64,000 nucleotides of DNA from Opitutales bacterium (GCA_965197745.1 CBDANS010000007.1:992001-1056000), one strand, 5' to 3'. Counted from the first letter of the stretch, positions 9,993-20,904 are shown. The notes: generated by a model not told the origin, from the letters alone. Program-made: numbers and translations.

Positions 9993-11759
9993 TTGGTTTA
10001 TTTTTTATTATTTTCTTTTCCTCAATTAGTGAATGATTATCTTAAGGAAATGAATTGGCAATGGATTAAAATGAGATTTTTACCTCAATGGGGTGTAAGG
10101 ATTGTCACGGCATTAAGCGCCATACTTTTAGGATTCGATCTGACAGCGGCTGATGCAGACGAGCTCAAACCCGTGCTAATCGGTTATGCCAAAGCAGGGC
10201 CGTTCAAGGAAACGGTGCAAAAGATTACCGAAGTAGTGCGAAAAATCCAACCATCACCTCAAGTGGATTCTTTCCCCTATATGATAGGCGGAATGTTGGG
10301 AGATCCCACCTTGGACAGTATTTCAGCAACTGAGAATATTACAGTTTTCTTATACAACACTCCTGATATGAATTCCGCTTCTTTCCTTATTCTGGCAAAG
10401 TTGACAGAAGAAAGTCCAATCCGCGCGACATTACCCATGCAGGGGTTTACGATACAAGACCATGAAGGGTGGTCGATGATATCACGTGATCCAAAGATGT
10501 GGGATCTGGTTGAGAACGTGGATTCTCTTATTAAGATCGCGGAAAGAAAACGGAACTCAGACGTGGAGTTCGGGTTATGGTTGAACCGTCTTAAGGACGC
10601 AAGTGATACGTTTAAAAACGAAATCATTGATGACCTGGAGAAGGACGGGCGTTTTAGTGATGAAGCAGACAAAGCAACGATTGCCGGATTCTTAGACATA
10701 ATATTTGGTGAATTGACGAGTCTCGACAGTGTGCTCCTGGGATTAAATTTCACACCGGAAGACTTTGTATTTCAATCAGTCCTGAAAGCAAATAGTGAAG
10801 CTCCTCTGGGAAAACTATTCTCTCAAGAGCCGTCCGCAATAGTTAGAGCCGGTGACTATATTGCGGAATACAGTATGCTGACATACATGCTGAGCATCGA
10901 TCCGATGATATCTGGTGAATACCTCAATTATATAATGGATGCGGTGATTGATGTAAGCGAGAATGAATGGAAGCCACTAATGATGAGAATAAAGGCTATT
11001 TATAACCGATTTATGCAGAAAATTGATGGGACCGTTGCGGGAAGTATGAATATTAGCAATACCTCGGTTGTCATGAGACAAATAGGTGGAGCTGATTTCA
11101 GCAGTGATGAATTCGCCGAACTCATTGCCGTTTCCATAAAATTCATGGAAGACTTCGCCAGTAAATTGACGCTGGAAGGTGAAACCGCGTACATTCCTCT
11201 TTACGAATTTAAAGCTGATGCTTTCGCTGTTAAAGGAGTTCCGGTTCATACTTTGAAATCGCGTTTTAATTTTACGGGGAATCCCGATCCTCAAGATGAA
11301 ACTGATAATCCCACTAATGATAGAGAACAGGGGGATAGCGCTTTCTTTGCGAGCCAGACATACCATTACGCGGTTTGTAATGGTTATTATCTCAGTTCTT
11401 CTGATACCCAAGGCGTCAGCGATTTGATCACCCGGGTTAAATCCAATCATCCGGTGAGCAGTAATCTTAACACAATTATCATGCCAAAACCGGGTATATG
11501 CGGACAATTTCGCTTTGACCTTAAAAGGAGTCTCATGATTACGGCAGATCTCCTTGAAAATACTTCACCCGAAACCGCAATTAGCCTTCGTGAAAAAATT
11601 GAATCCTCAACGCTCGAACCGGTTACGAGTGAGCTGGGGATCGGGGATGCTAAATTAATATTTCGATTTACAGCGCCATGGGAAAGTATGGCAACCTGGG
11701 CTTCTCTGATGAAAATTGTTGACGAGGAAGCCAGTCAACAGAATGTACCGTCTTATTAA
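9993..11759 (+). CDS. Exported hypothetical protein (true start probably ATG 10050 or 10071)
   Basis: Long ORF with signal-peptide-like RIVTALSAILLGFDLTAADA; no motif recognised. Confidence 0.7.
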   Translation: MVYFLLFSFPQLVNDYLKEMNWQWIKMRFLPQWGVRIVTALSAILLGFDLTAADADELKPVLIGYAKAGPFKETVQKITEVVRKIQPSPQVDSFPYMIGGMLGDPTLDSISATENITVFLYNTPDMNSASFLILAKLTEESPIRATLPMQGFTIQDHEGWSMISRDPKMWDLVENVDSLIKIAERKRNSDVEFGLWLNRLKDASDTFKNEIIDDLEKDGRFSDEADKATIAGFLDIIFGELTSLDSVLLGLNFTPEDFVFQSVLKANSEAPLGKLFSQEPSAIVRAGDYIAEYSMLTYMLSIDPMISGEYLNYIMDAVIDVSENEWKPLMMRIKAIYNRFMQKIDGTVAGSMNISNTSVVMRQIGGADFSSDEFAELIAVSIKFMEDFASKLTLEGETAYIPLYEFKADAFAVKGVPVHTLKSRFNFTGNPDPQDETDNPTNDREQGDSAFFASQTYHYAVCNGYYLSSSDTQGVSDLITRVKSNHPVSSNLNTIIMPKPGICGQFRFDLKRSLMITADLLENTSPETAISLREKIESSTLEPVTSELGIGDAKLIFRFTAPWESMATWASLMKIVDEEASQQNVPSY

Positions 11760-11876
11760 GTTCGATATTGAAAAATTGCGGACGGTAGCTATAATTAAAG
11801 ATGGACAAAATCGTAATACCGTAAGTAGATATTTGAGTTTTACTACTTACCCGGGTTCATTTCATTTGTTCATGTT

Positions 11877-12440
11877 ATGAGATATTTAGGCGACAAGGAG
11901 ATCAGCTTATCAGGCTCGTTGCTGGTTGCTCACCCGGGCTTGATCGATAAGTGCTTTAAGAAATCAGTCGTTCTTGTGTCGCTCCATAATAACGAGGATG
12001 GAGCCTTTGGAGTGGTTATAAATCGTCCCTTAGGTAAAAGCCTGGGTGAATACAAAAAGGATTTTGCTACGGGCTCGCTTGCCGACATACCGCTTTATGA
12101 GGGAGGACCGGTGCACAAGGATCAAATGATTCTTATCGCTTGGAAAATGGGCAACGAAAGCAATGATTTTAAAATTTATTTTGGAATTAATCCTGAAAAA
12201 GCTGAAGAGTTGCGTGAAGAAGATCCTGACCTCGTGCTGCGCGGGTTTCTCGGTTACGCCGGATGGAGCAGCGGTCAGATCGAGAATGAAGTTAAGGAAA
12301 ATGCATGGATCGTGAGCCCTATTGAAGGGGGTATTCTTTTGAAAGAAGACGGTCCCATGCTTTGGGAAAATATTCTTATAAGAATTAGCCCTGAACTGAA
12401 GATCCTCACAGATATGCCTGACGACCTGTCGGCGAATTAG
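11877..12440 (+). CDS. YqgE/AlgH family protein (UPF0301)
   Basis: LLVAHP, GAFGVVINRP, GGPV and GYAGWS.GQ.E.E motifs. Confidence 0.92.
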   Translation: MRYLGDKEISLSGSLLVAHPGLIDKCFKKSVVLVSLHNNEDGAFGVVINRPLGKSLGEYKKDFATGSLADIPLYEGGPVHKDQMILIAWKMGNESNDFKIYFGINPEKAEELREEDPDLVLRGFLGYAGWSSGQIENEVKENAWIVSPIEGGILLKEDGPMLWENILIRISPELKILTDMPDDLSAN

Positions 12441-12499
12441 GTTTGAGTATATTTTTTTATCCAGTAATTAGCTGCGTGTTGTAATTTCATGCACCTAAA

Positions 12500-13155
12500 C
12501 GGATGCGATCCCTGTCTCGTCGTCTTCGTCTGCGTCTTGGTATTCGTCCGTTTTTTTTAATAATTATCATTTCTATAAATAAATGACTTGTTTATAAAAA
12601 ACAGGCTTTTTCTCTAAATAATCATTGACGTAGATGAAGACGATGAGTCAGACGAAGAGATATACTGAATATCTCATATTAATTGCAGAGGGAAAATCTG
12701 AGATTATAGCGCAAATTTCCAAGCGGCCACGACGGAGCGTAGCCCTCCAGATAGAGGACGAAGTGGAGGGCTACGCGTTGTCGTGGCCGTTGTTGAAATA
12801 TCTAATACAAGAGTATAAAATGGTGGGACGCGCGTCGTCGCGGCCGTTTTGCAGCACGATTACGCAATAGGTGGATAATTAGAGGAAAATGCAGTAATCC
12901 TCGTCTTGGTCTTCGTCCCCCAGATGGATTTAGAAAATTATTGCTCCAAATGTTAGGTGGAGCGGGCTGTCCCCAGCACGCTTCTTCAATTACCAATAAA
13001 TAAAACGCGCTAGGTACACGATTCGACTCAGCTCGTCGCAGGACGCGTTCCACCTTATTTTTAAATATGATAACTTGGGAGACGAAGACGAGGAGGCAGA
13101 CCAGTCTTCGCCCCGCGATTGCGGGACTACGCCGTGGCAAGCGCAGACGAAGATT
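12500..13155. repeat. Mosaic intergenic repeat island
   Basis: Family C copies (12723-12847), family D (12956-13054), family A reversed (13102-13141) and GACGAA repeats. Confidence 0.85.
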
Positions 13156-13296
13156 ATTACATTTTAAAATACCCACCCTACCTCTTCGTGGACTCTCTAA
13201 GCCTATAGCCCTATAATTCAGCATTGCGTCCTTATTGAATTATAATTGACACATGATAAAGAATGGGATTTTTTATCGATCTTATTTATTTCTGCA

Positions 13297-13422
13297 ATGA
13301 AGGTAGTATCGTCACTTAAGACACTGAAGAGTAGACATCCGGACTGCAAGGTGGTGCGCCGGCGCGGACGGATCTATGTTATTTGTAAATCAAATCCCCG
13401 TTTCAAAGCGAGACAAGGGTAG
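13297..13422 (+). CDS. rpmJ: 50S ribosomal protein L36, type B, not in the ORF track
   Basis: Translated by eye: [41 protein letters not shown]. Confidence 0.95.
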   Translation: MKVVSSLKTLKSRHPDCKVVRRRGRIYVICKSNPRFKARQG

Positions 13423-13440
13423 CATAAGTAAAATCCAGCA

Positions 13441-13698
13441 GTGAAAAAAAGTATCCATCCAGAATTACATCCCGTCTGCTTTGTTGATGTTTCGAGCGGT
13501 AAAAAATTTCTTACCCAATCAACAATTAAGTCTAAAAAGACAGAAGTCATTGATGGAGTAGAATACCATGTATTTATGAGGGAAGTGACATCTGATTCTC
13601 ATCCCGCATTTACGGGAGAAAAACGTTTTGTCGACACTGCGGGTCGTGTAGAAAAGTTTAAGACAAAATTTCGTCGCAGCGCTGATCAGAAGAAATAA
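13441..13698 (+). CDS. rpmE: 50S ribosomal protein L31, type B
   Basis: MKK.IHP, SHPAFTG and DTAGRVEKF motifs; lacks the CxC/CxxC zinc pairs. Confidence 0.95.
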   Translation: MKKSIHPELHPVCFVDVSSGKKFLTQSTIKSKKTEVIDGVEYHVFMREVTSDSHPAFTGEKRFVDTAGRVEKFKTKFRRSADQKK

Positions 13699-13877
13699 GA
13701 AAAATCGCGGAGCAATTTTCTGTTTTAAGTTTTAGGTGTGAGGTTTTAAGCGAAGAGCTTAAAGAGAAGATATTGGCATTAGCCCTGACAGATAGGGCAT
13801 TTCGACTTTTCAGATTTGACGCAATCTCTTTACCTAAAACTTAACACCTAACACTTAAAACTTAAGCCATAGATGGC

Positions 13878-15095
13878 TTAAAAGGTATGAACAAATAAGC
13901 CGGACCGTAGTTTTGGTTCAAACCAGGTGCTTTTTGGAGGCATTATTCTATCAGCATCAGCAATGGCCATGAGCTGATTGACGGTTACCGGATGGAGAGA
14001 AAATGCGACGGTCGATTCATCATCATCGACTTTTCTTTCGAGTTCCCCGGTTCCCCGAATGCCGCCCACAAAATCAACTCGCGGGTTTGTGCGATGATCA
14101 TCAATAGCGAGTAATGGTTCCAGAATCATATCCTGTAGAATACTCACATCGAGGCTGGAAACAGGATCATCCGAAAGCGCTGAATCAAAAACTATGCGGT
14201 ACCAAGTTCCATTCAGGTAGATGCAGACCTTTCCCGACTCCCCGGGCATTGAATCAACATTATCCTCAACGGAATAAATTGCTTTGATGCGCTCTAGAAA
14301 CTCTGAACTGCTCATTCCATTTAAATCCAGTACCACCCGGTTGTAGGAAAGTATATTCATTTGGGACGCGGGGAAAAGCACACAGAGAAACCAGTTATAT
14401 TCCTCATCTCCCTTGTGATTTGGATTATTTTCACGCAACATGCGTCCCACACGCGCCGCACTGGCACTGCGATGATGTCCATCTGCTACATAAAAATGGG
14501 GCACTGTTTTAAAGGCATTATAAATAGTATCATTTTCAAGTATTCGCCAGACGGTGTGACGTACTCCATCTTCGGTCTTAATATCATAAAGGGGGATTTC
14601 CGATACTAATTCCTCGACGTGATCATGAATCTCCCCGCTGTCACGATAAGTGAGAAATACCGGCCCGGCATTGGCGCGAAGGGTAGCGGTTAACCGCGTG
14701 CGATCATCTTCTTTTTGAGGTCGGGTATTTTCATGTTTCTTGATCAAATTATTTTCGTAATCGTCAATATGGCACAAGGCCGTTATTCCACGCTGTCGAT
14801 GTTCTCCCATTTCCTGTTGGTAAAGGTAGAAACAGGGTTCCGGTTCACGTAATAGATAGCCATCTTTCTGAAATCGTTGAAAATTTATCAATGCTTGTTC
14901 ATATACTTCGTCGGCGTAGGGATCAGTGTTTTCCGGAAGATCGACCTCGGCACGCACGACATGCAGCATACTCAGGGGATTATTGACGGTTAAGGATCGC
15001 GCTTCTTCCACCGTCACCACGTCATAAGGTAAGGAGGCAACTTTTTCGACAACATTTATGGCAGGGCAAAGACCCTGAAATGCACGTATGCGCAT
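13878..15095 (-). CDS. DUF1015 family protein
   Basis: SLPYDVV, IKKHE.T, YVADGHHR and MPPKSTWFEPKLRSGL motifs. Confidence 0.9.
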   Translation of the reverse strand: MRIRAFQGLCPAINVVEKVASLPYDVVTVEEARSLTVNNPLSMLHVVRAEVDLPENTDPYADEVYEQALINFQRFQKDGYLLREPEPCFYLYQQEMGEHRQRGITALCHIDDYENNLIKKHENTRPQKEDDRTRLTATLRANAGPVFLTYRDSGEIHDHVEELVSEIPLYDIKTEDGVRHTVWRILENDTIYNAFKTVPHFYVADGHHRSASAARVGRMLRENNPNHKGDEEYNWFLCVLFPASQMNILSYNRVVLDLNGMSSSEFLERIKAIYSVEDNVDSMPGESGKVCIYLNGTWYRIVFDSALSDDPVSSLDVSILQDMILEPLLAIDDHRTNPRVDFVGGIRGTGELERKVDDDESTVAFSLHPVTVNQLMAIADADRIMPPKSTWFEPKLRSGLFVHTF

Positions 15096-15236
15096 GGTTC
15101 GGCGAACGCATCATATCTGGCCGATGATAGCAAGTAATATACACAAATTTCACAGCGTTGCGCGGTTTTGCTTTAAAGGGTAAATCATTAACTTTTTTTT
15201 CTTGCTCTTGCCTAACTGTGTTGCTTGATCGTTTAA

Positions 15237-15737
15237 ATGCCATACGGTAATGGAGGCGTTTGGAAATACGGGGGTAGTTTATTTATCACATTATTATTCG
15301 TCTGGTTGCTCTGGTCCGGCCATTATACATTATTACTTCTCTCATTCGGACTTTTCTCATGCCTAGCGGTGGTCGCTATCGCCATAAAGATGAAGGTAGC
15401 CGATCCGGAAGGGCACCCGGTCCACCTTTTAGGAGGAGCTATTGTTTACATACCCTGGTTGCTATTGGAAATTACGAAGGCGAACATTGATGTTACGCGT
15501 ATTATTTTAAATCCTAAACTCCCGATCAATCCGACGGTGATAAATGTAAATACCTCTCAAAAGAGTGCATTGGGGCAAGTGATCTATGCCAATTCTATTA
15601 CCCTGACGCCTGGAACCGTATCCGTTGATATCTCGAATAATGTCATCACGGTACATGCCCTCAGCGATAAGAGCGCGAATGATCTACAGACGGGCGTGAT
15701 GGACCGGCGAGTGACAAAGATGGAGGGAGAGAGCTGA
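15237..15737 (+). CDS. mrpE: Mrp/Mnh Na+/H+ antiporter subunit E
   Basis: ANSITLTPGT motif; first gene of a translationally coupled operon. Confidence 0.92.
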   Translation: MPYGNGGVWKYGGSLFITLLFVWLLWSGHYTLLLLSFGLFSCLAVVAIAIKMKVADPEGHPVHLLGGAIVYIPWLLLEITKANIDVTRIILNPKLPINPTVINVNTSQKSALGQVIYANSITLTPGTVSVDISNNVITVHALSDKSANDLQTGVMDRRVTKMEGES

Positions 15738-16024
15738 TGTTAGTCATGGCCATGATTGCCATCCTCGTGACAATGGTCTTAGCGCTATTGCGCGCTTTTT
15801 TTGGACCGACTGTCTATGACCGGATTTTAGCGGTAAACATGTTTGGAACCAAAACGGTTCTCCTCATTTCGGTAATCGGGTTTCTTCGTGGGAGGCCTGA
15901 CTTTCTTGATCTTGCATTAATTTATGTCCTCATAAATTTCATCGGGACCCTGGCGATTCTCAAATTTGTAGAACACGGAAATTTCGCCACCGCTGGTGGT
16001 GACAATGAAAGTGCTGAAGTGTAA
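15737..16024 (+). CDS. mrpF: Mrp antiporter subunit F
   Basis: GPTVYDRILA motif. Confidence 0.92.
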   Translation: MLVMAMIAILVTMVLALLRAFFGPTVYDRILAVNMFGTKTVLLISVIGFLRGRPDFLDLALIYVLINFIGTLAILKFVEHGNFATAGGDNESAEV

Positions 16025-16344
16025 TGACCCTGTTTATTGAAATTATCAACTGGGCTTTTCTTCTTCTCGGGGCGTTTTTTTGCGTGGTAGGAGGGGTGGG
16101 GCTTTTACGACTACCGGATTTTTACAGCCGGATGCACGGCAGCGGCATAACGGATACACTGGGGGCCGGGCTGATCCTTATCGGTTTAATGGTCCAATCG
16201 GGGATAAACCTGGTGACCGTAAAGCTCATAATAATCGTCATCTTTCTTTTATTATCCAGTCCAACCGCGACGCATGCCATTGCCAAGGCGGCTTATGGTT
16301 CGGGAATAAAACCCTGGGTTAAAGACAAGGACCCCCAGCCATGA
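16024..16344 (+). CDS. mrpG: Mrp antiporter subunit G
   Basis: GLLRLPDFYSRMH and TLG motifs. Confidence 0.92.
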   Translation: MTLFIEIINWAFLLLGAFFCVVGGVGLLRLPDFYSRMHGSGITDTLGAGLILIGLMVQSGINLVTVKLIIIVIFLLLSSPTATHAIAKAAYGSGIKPWVKDKDPQP

Positions 16345-16883
16345 TTCAGATTTTCGACATATTATTATTAACCTTTATGGTAACCATAGCGGTTACTGTT
16401 GTCCGTCTGCACAATCTCTTAGCCGCCGTAGTGCTCACTGGTATATACAGTCTTCTCTCGGCTTCCATCTTTGTCATTCTTGATGCTGTTGATGTCGCTT
16501 TCACAGAAGCCGCGGTCGGAGCGGGTATCGCAACTATCCTCATGCTCGGAACCCTGGCGCTGACGACGACTGAAGAAAAGGTATCGAAAAACAAGTCAAT
16601 CATTCCACTTCTGGTAGTGCTTATTACAGGGGCCATGCTCATCTACGCCACCTTCGACATGCCTTTATATGGAGATCCAAAAGCACCTATTCATCAGCAT
16701 GTGGCGCCACGTTATATTGTAGAATCGCCCTTTGAAATCGGCGTTCCCAACATGGTGACTTCGGTTCTCGCGAGTTACCGGGGATATGATACCTTAGGCG
16801 AGGTGACCGTTATTTTTACAGCGGGCATCGGGGTGATGCTTTTACTCGGCAGTTCCGGAAAAGGTAATGACAAGGAGGATTGA
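16341..16883 (+). CDS. Mrp subunit B-related protein (DUF4040 / MrpA C-terminal-like)
   Basis: DVAFTEAAVG and NMVTSVLASYRGYDTLGE motifs. Confidence 0.85.
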   Translation: MIQIFDILLLTFMVTIAVTVVRLHNLLAAVVLTGIYSLLSASIFVILDAVDVAFTEAAVGAGIATILMLGTLALTTTEEKVSKNKSIIPLLVVLITGAMLIYATFDMPLYGDPKAPIHQHVAPRYIVESPFEIGVPNMVTSVLASYRGYDTLGEVTVIFTAGIGVMLLLGSSGKGNDKED

Positions 16884-16886
16884 GCA

Positions 16887-17306
16887 ATGAAAGATCAAAT
16901 CATCCTTCGCGTTATGGCCAAAGTATTTATCCCATTTATTTTACTTTTTGCCCTTTATGTCCAATTTCACGGGGATTACGGTCCCGGGGGAGGTTTCCAG
17001 GCAGGGGTAATATTTGCGGCAGCTTTCATTCTTTATACTATTATTTTTGGTCTCGAAACGGCTGAAAAAACAGCGAAACCAGCCATCGTTCGCGTATTAG
17101 TACCGGGCGGGGTTCTGCTCTATGCCGGTACTGGAATTATGGGGCTTTTACTGGGTGGCAATTTCCTCGAATACGGTGTCTTGCAGCACGATCCTGTGCA
17201 TGGTCAGTACCTGGGCATCCTCGTGATTGAATTGGGGGTAGGGATTACGGTGGCATCAGTTATGATAACTATATTTTTCTCATTCGCGGGAAGAGGACGA
17301 CAATAA
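16887..17306 (+). CDS. mrpB: Mrp antiporter subunit B
   Basis: HG..GPGGGFQAG motif. Confidence 0.9.
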   Translation: MKDQIILRVMAKVFIPFILLFALYVQFHGDYGPGGGFQAGVIFAAAFILYTIIFGLETAEKTAKPAIVRVLVPGGVLLYAGTGIMGLLLGGNFLEYGVLQHDPVHGQYLGILVIELGVGITVASVMITIFFSFAGRGRQ

Positions 17307-17659
17307 TGCGCTTCATTGGCCTATATAATTACTGGATTGTCATTTTTCTGATGATGGCAGGGTTTTATATTGTTATTTCCTCAGGCAACCTGATTAAGAA
17401 GATCATTGGCCTTAATATTTTTCAGGTTTCCGTATTCCTGCTTTATATCAGCATGGGAAAGATAATTGGAGGGACCGCTCCAATCGTGGTAGAGGGGGCC
17501 TCCCTCTATTCTAATCCTTTGCCTCATGTTCTTATCCTTACCGCAATCGTCGTCGGGGTTGCAACAACTGCGCTTGGCCTGGCATTAGTAGTGCGGATTA
17601 AAGAAGCCTATGGAACGATCGAAGATGATGAAATTCACGAACAGGATGAAGCACTGTGA
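17306..17659 (+). CDS. mrpC: Mrp antiporter subunit C
   Basis: NLIKKIIGL and PLPHVLILTAIVVG motifs. Confidence 0.92.
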   Translation: MRFIGLYNYWIVIFLMMAGFYIVISSGNLIKKIIGLNIFQVSVFLLYISMGKIIGGTAPIVVEGASLYSNPLPHVLILTAIVVGVATTALGLALVVRIKEAYGTIEDDEIHEQDEAL

Positions 17660-19134
17660 TCGAGCATCTACCCATCCTGCAAATTGTCATACCGCTCACC
17701 GCGGCTCCCCTCTGTGTCATCCTGCGCCAGAAAACAGTGGTATGGGTATTTGCTTTCATCGTCAGTCTCGTATCGCTTGCAGTATCGATTTCACTTTTAT
17801 TGAGTGTCCTTGAGCAGGGCACCCTCAGTTACGCATTGGGCGGCTGGATTGCTCCCTGGGGAATTGAAATTCGAATCGACGTCGTTAATGCCTATGTCCT
17901 TTTACTTGTAGCGGTCATTGGTGCGGTCGTGCTTCTTTACGCGCGCTCGAGTGTGGCTGATGAGATCCCCCCGGAGCAACACCACCTGTTTTACACCGCC
18001 ACCCTTCTATGCTTGACCGGGCTCTTCGGGATTACCCTTACCGGAGATGCGTTCAATCTGTTCGTCTTCCTGGAAATTTCATCCCTCTCTTCCTATACTT
18101 TGATCAGTCTGGGAAATGACCGGCGCGCATTAACGGCGGCCTATCAGTATTTAGTGTTGGGAACGATTGGCGCTACTTTCATCCTTATTGGAATCGGGCT
18201 TCTCTATATGGTGACGGGAACGCTGAACATGGCTGATCTCGCGATCCGACTGGAAGATATTAATAATTCGCGCACCGTTATAGCGGCACTTGCCTTCTTC
18301 AGTGTTGGCGTGAGTTTAAAGCTGGCGCTTTTCCCCCTGCATATGTGGCTTCCCAATGCATACGCCCATGCGCCATCCGTGGTGACTGCATTTCTCGCAG
18401 CTACCGCTACCAAAGTATCAATATACATCCTTCTCAGGTTTGTTTTTTCTATTTTCGGAAAAGAATTTTCATTCGAAACAATGAGGTTAGACGCGGTTTT
18501 AATGCCCCTGTCTCTTATCGGTATTGTTGTCGCATCGACGGTTGCCGTCTTTCAAAACAATATTAAACGGATGCTTGCTTATTCCAGCGTAGCGCAAGTC
18601 GGTTACATGATTCTTGGCATCAGTTTTAATTCGTTGAACGGTCTCACGGGTGGGATCGTGCATCTATTTAATCATGCCCTTATGAAAGGTGCGTTGTTTC
18701 TCGTTATGGGCGGTATCGCACTGCGCCTTGGATCGGTCAATCTCGATGCTATGCGCGGATTGGGCCGGCGTATGCCTGTAACGATGGCAGCTTTTACCAT
18801 TGGTGGGCTCAGTCTGATCGGGGTTCCCTTAACGGTTGGATTTATCAGCAAATGGTATCTCGTTCTCGCAGCTATAGAGCAGGGAATGTGGCCCATCGCG
18901 GTTATAGTCCTTTTTGGATCCTTACTTGCCGTGATCTATATCTGGCGCGTTGTCGAAGCAGCTTATTTTCAGAAACCGGTTGGGAATGCTGATGAAATTA
19001 AAGAAGTGCCACCTGCCATGCAGTTTTCGATTTGGATACTGATCAGTGCGACACTCATTTTTGGAATCTATACTTCATTAACCGCGGGTGTCGCCGAGCG
19101 GGCGGCCATGATGTTATTGGGAAATACACCGTGA
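17656..19134 (+). CDS. mrpD: Mrp antiporter subunit D
   Basis: FNLFVFLE, KLALFPLH.WLP and KRMLAYSS motifs. Confidence 0.9.
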   Translation: MIEHLPILQIVIPLTAAPLCVILRQKTVVWVFAFIVSLVSLAVSISLLLSVLEQGTLSYALGGWIAPWGIEIRIDVVNAYVLLLVAVIGAVVLLYARSSVADEIPPEQHHLFYTATLLCLTGLFGITLTGDAFNLFVFLEISSLSSYTLISLGNDRRALTAAYQYLVLGTIGATFILIGIGLLYMVTGTLNMADLAIRLEDINNSRTVIAALAFFSVGVSLKLALFPLHMWLPNAYAHAPSVVTAFLAATATKVSIYILLRFVFSIFGKEFSFETMRLDAVLMPLSLIGIVVASTVAVFQNNIKRMLAYSSVAQVGYMILGISFNSLNGLTGGIVHLFNHALMKGALFLVMGGIALRLGSVNLDAMRGLGRRMPVTMAAFTIGGLSLIGVPLTVGFISKWYLVLAAIEQGMWPIAVIVLFGSLLAVIYIWRVVEAAYFQKPVGNADEIKEVPPAMQFSIWILISATLIFGIYTSLTAGVAERAAMMLLGNTP

Positions 19135-20594
19135 GTGCATCAATTATTGTTTTTGCCGTCGTTTTTATCCCATTGATCGGGGCCCCTGTTATTGTCCTGC
19201 TCGGGCAACGCCCCAATCTTCGTGAAGCCGCAACTTTAGTGACCGGCGTGATCGTATTTTCCCTTGTTCTCACCCTGGTTCCTGGAGTAGTGGACGGGGG
19301 AAGACCGAGGTCAGAATTATTAGCTATTTTGCCTGGTTTATCCCTGGCCTTTGAAGTCGAACCCCTCGGTATGATCTTTGCCCTTGTTGCATCAGGGCTG
19401 TGGATAGTGACCTCTATTTACTCTATCGGCTATATGCGCGGGCATCATGAAGAAAACCAGACGCGCTTTTATTTTTATTTCGCGGTGGCCATCACGGCAG
19501 CCCTGGGGGTGGCTTTTTCAGCTAATTTACTTACTTTATTCATATTCTATGAAATGTTGACTTTATCAACTTATCCCCTCGTTACCCATCATGGTACAGA
19601 GAAAGCGATGCACGGGGGCCGTGTTTATTTTGGGATATTGATCAGCACTTCCATTATGTTCCTCCTCCTTGCTATAGTGTGGACATGGAACCTTACAGGG
19701 ACTCTCGATTTTACAACGGGTGGAATCCTGGCCGGCAAAGCGAGCAACGGGGTCCTTGGAGTATTACTTGCTCTTTATGCATTTGGGACGGGTAAGGCGG
19801 CTCTTATGCCCTTTCATCGATGGCTTCCGGCAGCCATGGTAGCGCCAACACCGGTGAGCGCTTTATTACATGCCGTTGCGGTGGTTAAGGCAGGCGTATT
19901 TACGGTGATGAAAATCATCGTTTATATCTTTGGTCTCGATTTGTTAGGCAGCGCGAATCTTAGCGTCTGGTTGGTTTATGTTACCTCTGCTACTATCCTC
20001 ATCGCATCGCTCATCGCTCTAACCAAAGACAATCTCAAGGCGCGACTTGCTTATTCCACTGTCAGTCAACTGTCCTATATTGTCCTCGGAGCTGCTTTGG
20101 CTAACAGTTATGGGGTAATTGGTGGCAGTATGCATATCGCGACGCACGCTTTTGGAAAAATAACTTTGTTTTTTTGTGCGGGAGCGATTCTCGTGGCGTC
20201 CCATAAGACTGAAATCAGTGATATGAAAGGGATCGGTCGCCAAATGCCTTTTACGATGTTTGCTTTTTTAATTGGTTCCTTGAGCATAATCGGATTACCC
20301 CCCTTTGCGGGAACATGGAGTAAGTGGTACCTTGTTCTCGGCGCTCTGGATGCGAATCATATATTGGTAGTCGTGGTGCTCATCATCAGCTCACTGCTGA
20401 ATATAGCATACCTGATACCCATCGTCGTAAATGCATTCATCGTCCCTGAAGGAGAAAACGGAGATAAGCATGAGATTAGAGAGGCACCGGTAGCTTGTAT
20501 CATACCCATGCTCCTAACTGCTGCCGGTTGTTTAATAATATTCATATATTCCGAGCCCCTCTTAGAGCTGACGCTCAAAATTATAAGATTATAA
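19131..20594 (+). CDS. Mrp subunit D/A-type antiporter subunit (second copy)
   Basis: PFHRWLPAAMVAPTPVSALLHA and LAYST motifs; GTG at 19131 overlaps the upstream TGA (GTGA). Confidence 0.88.
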   Translation: MSASIIVFAVVFIPLIGAPVIVLLGQRPNLREAATLVTGVIVFSLVLTLVPGVVDGGRPRSELLAILPGLSLAFEVEPLGMIFALVASGLWIVTSIYSIGYMRGHHEENQTRFYFYFAVAITAALGVAFSANLLTLFIFYEMLTLSTYPLVTHHGTEKAMHGGRVYFGILISTSIMFLLLAIVWTWNLTGTLDFTTGGILAGKASNGVLGVLLALYAFGTGKAALMPFHRWLPAAMVAPTPVSALLHAVAVVKAGVFTVMKIIVYIFGLDLLGSANLSVWLVYVTSATILIASLIALTKDNLKARLAYSTVSQLSYIVLGAALANSYGVIGGSMHIATHAFGKITLFFCAGAILVASHKTEISDMKGIGRQMPFTMFAFLIGSLSIIGLPPFAGTWSKWYLVLGALDANHILVVVVLIISSLLNIAYLIPIVVNAFIVPEGENGDKHEIREAPVACIIPMLLTAAGCLIIFIYSEPLLELTLKIIRL

Positions 20595-20595
20595 A

Positions 20596-20904
20596 ATGGA
20601 AACGCCCCCTGATAGTCTTTCACAACCTGAGAGCAATAGCACGGATACGAAGAATAAGCATATCTTTGACAATTCTCGAAACGTCAAACGATTGATTAGA
20701 GGTTTTTTCATAGTCTGCTTTTTCTTATTCATCCTGGACTTTATAATCCATCGCCACCTGAGTTTCGAGGAAGACAGTTTTCCGGTTGAGGGATGGTACG
20801 GTTTTTATTCTGTCTACGGTTTTGTCGCTTGTGTCCTTCTTGTCTTAGCGGCCAAGCTGATGCGCAAAGTATTAATGCGAAAGGAAGATTATTATGAGCA
20901 TTAA
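20596..20904 (+). CDS. Small two-TM membrane protein inside the Mrp operon
   Basis: Coupled to both neighbours; GFYSVYGF.ACV and R.EDYYE pattern. Confidence 0.75.
   Translation: METPPDSLSQPESNSTDTKNKHIFDNSRNVKRLIRGFFIVCFFLFILDFIIHRHLSFEEDSFPVEGWYGFYSVYGFVACVLLVLAAKLMRKVLMRKEDYYEH

Noticed and set aside
16880..17065. 61-aa ORF overlapping mrpB
   Set aside because: Alternative frame of mrpB.
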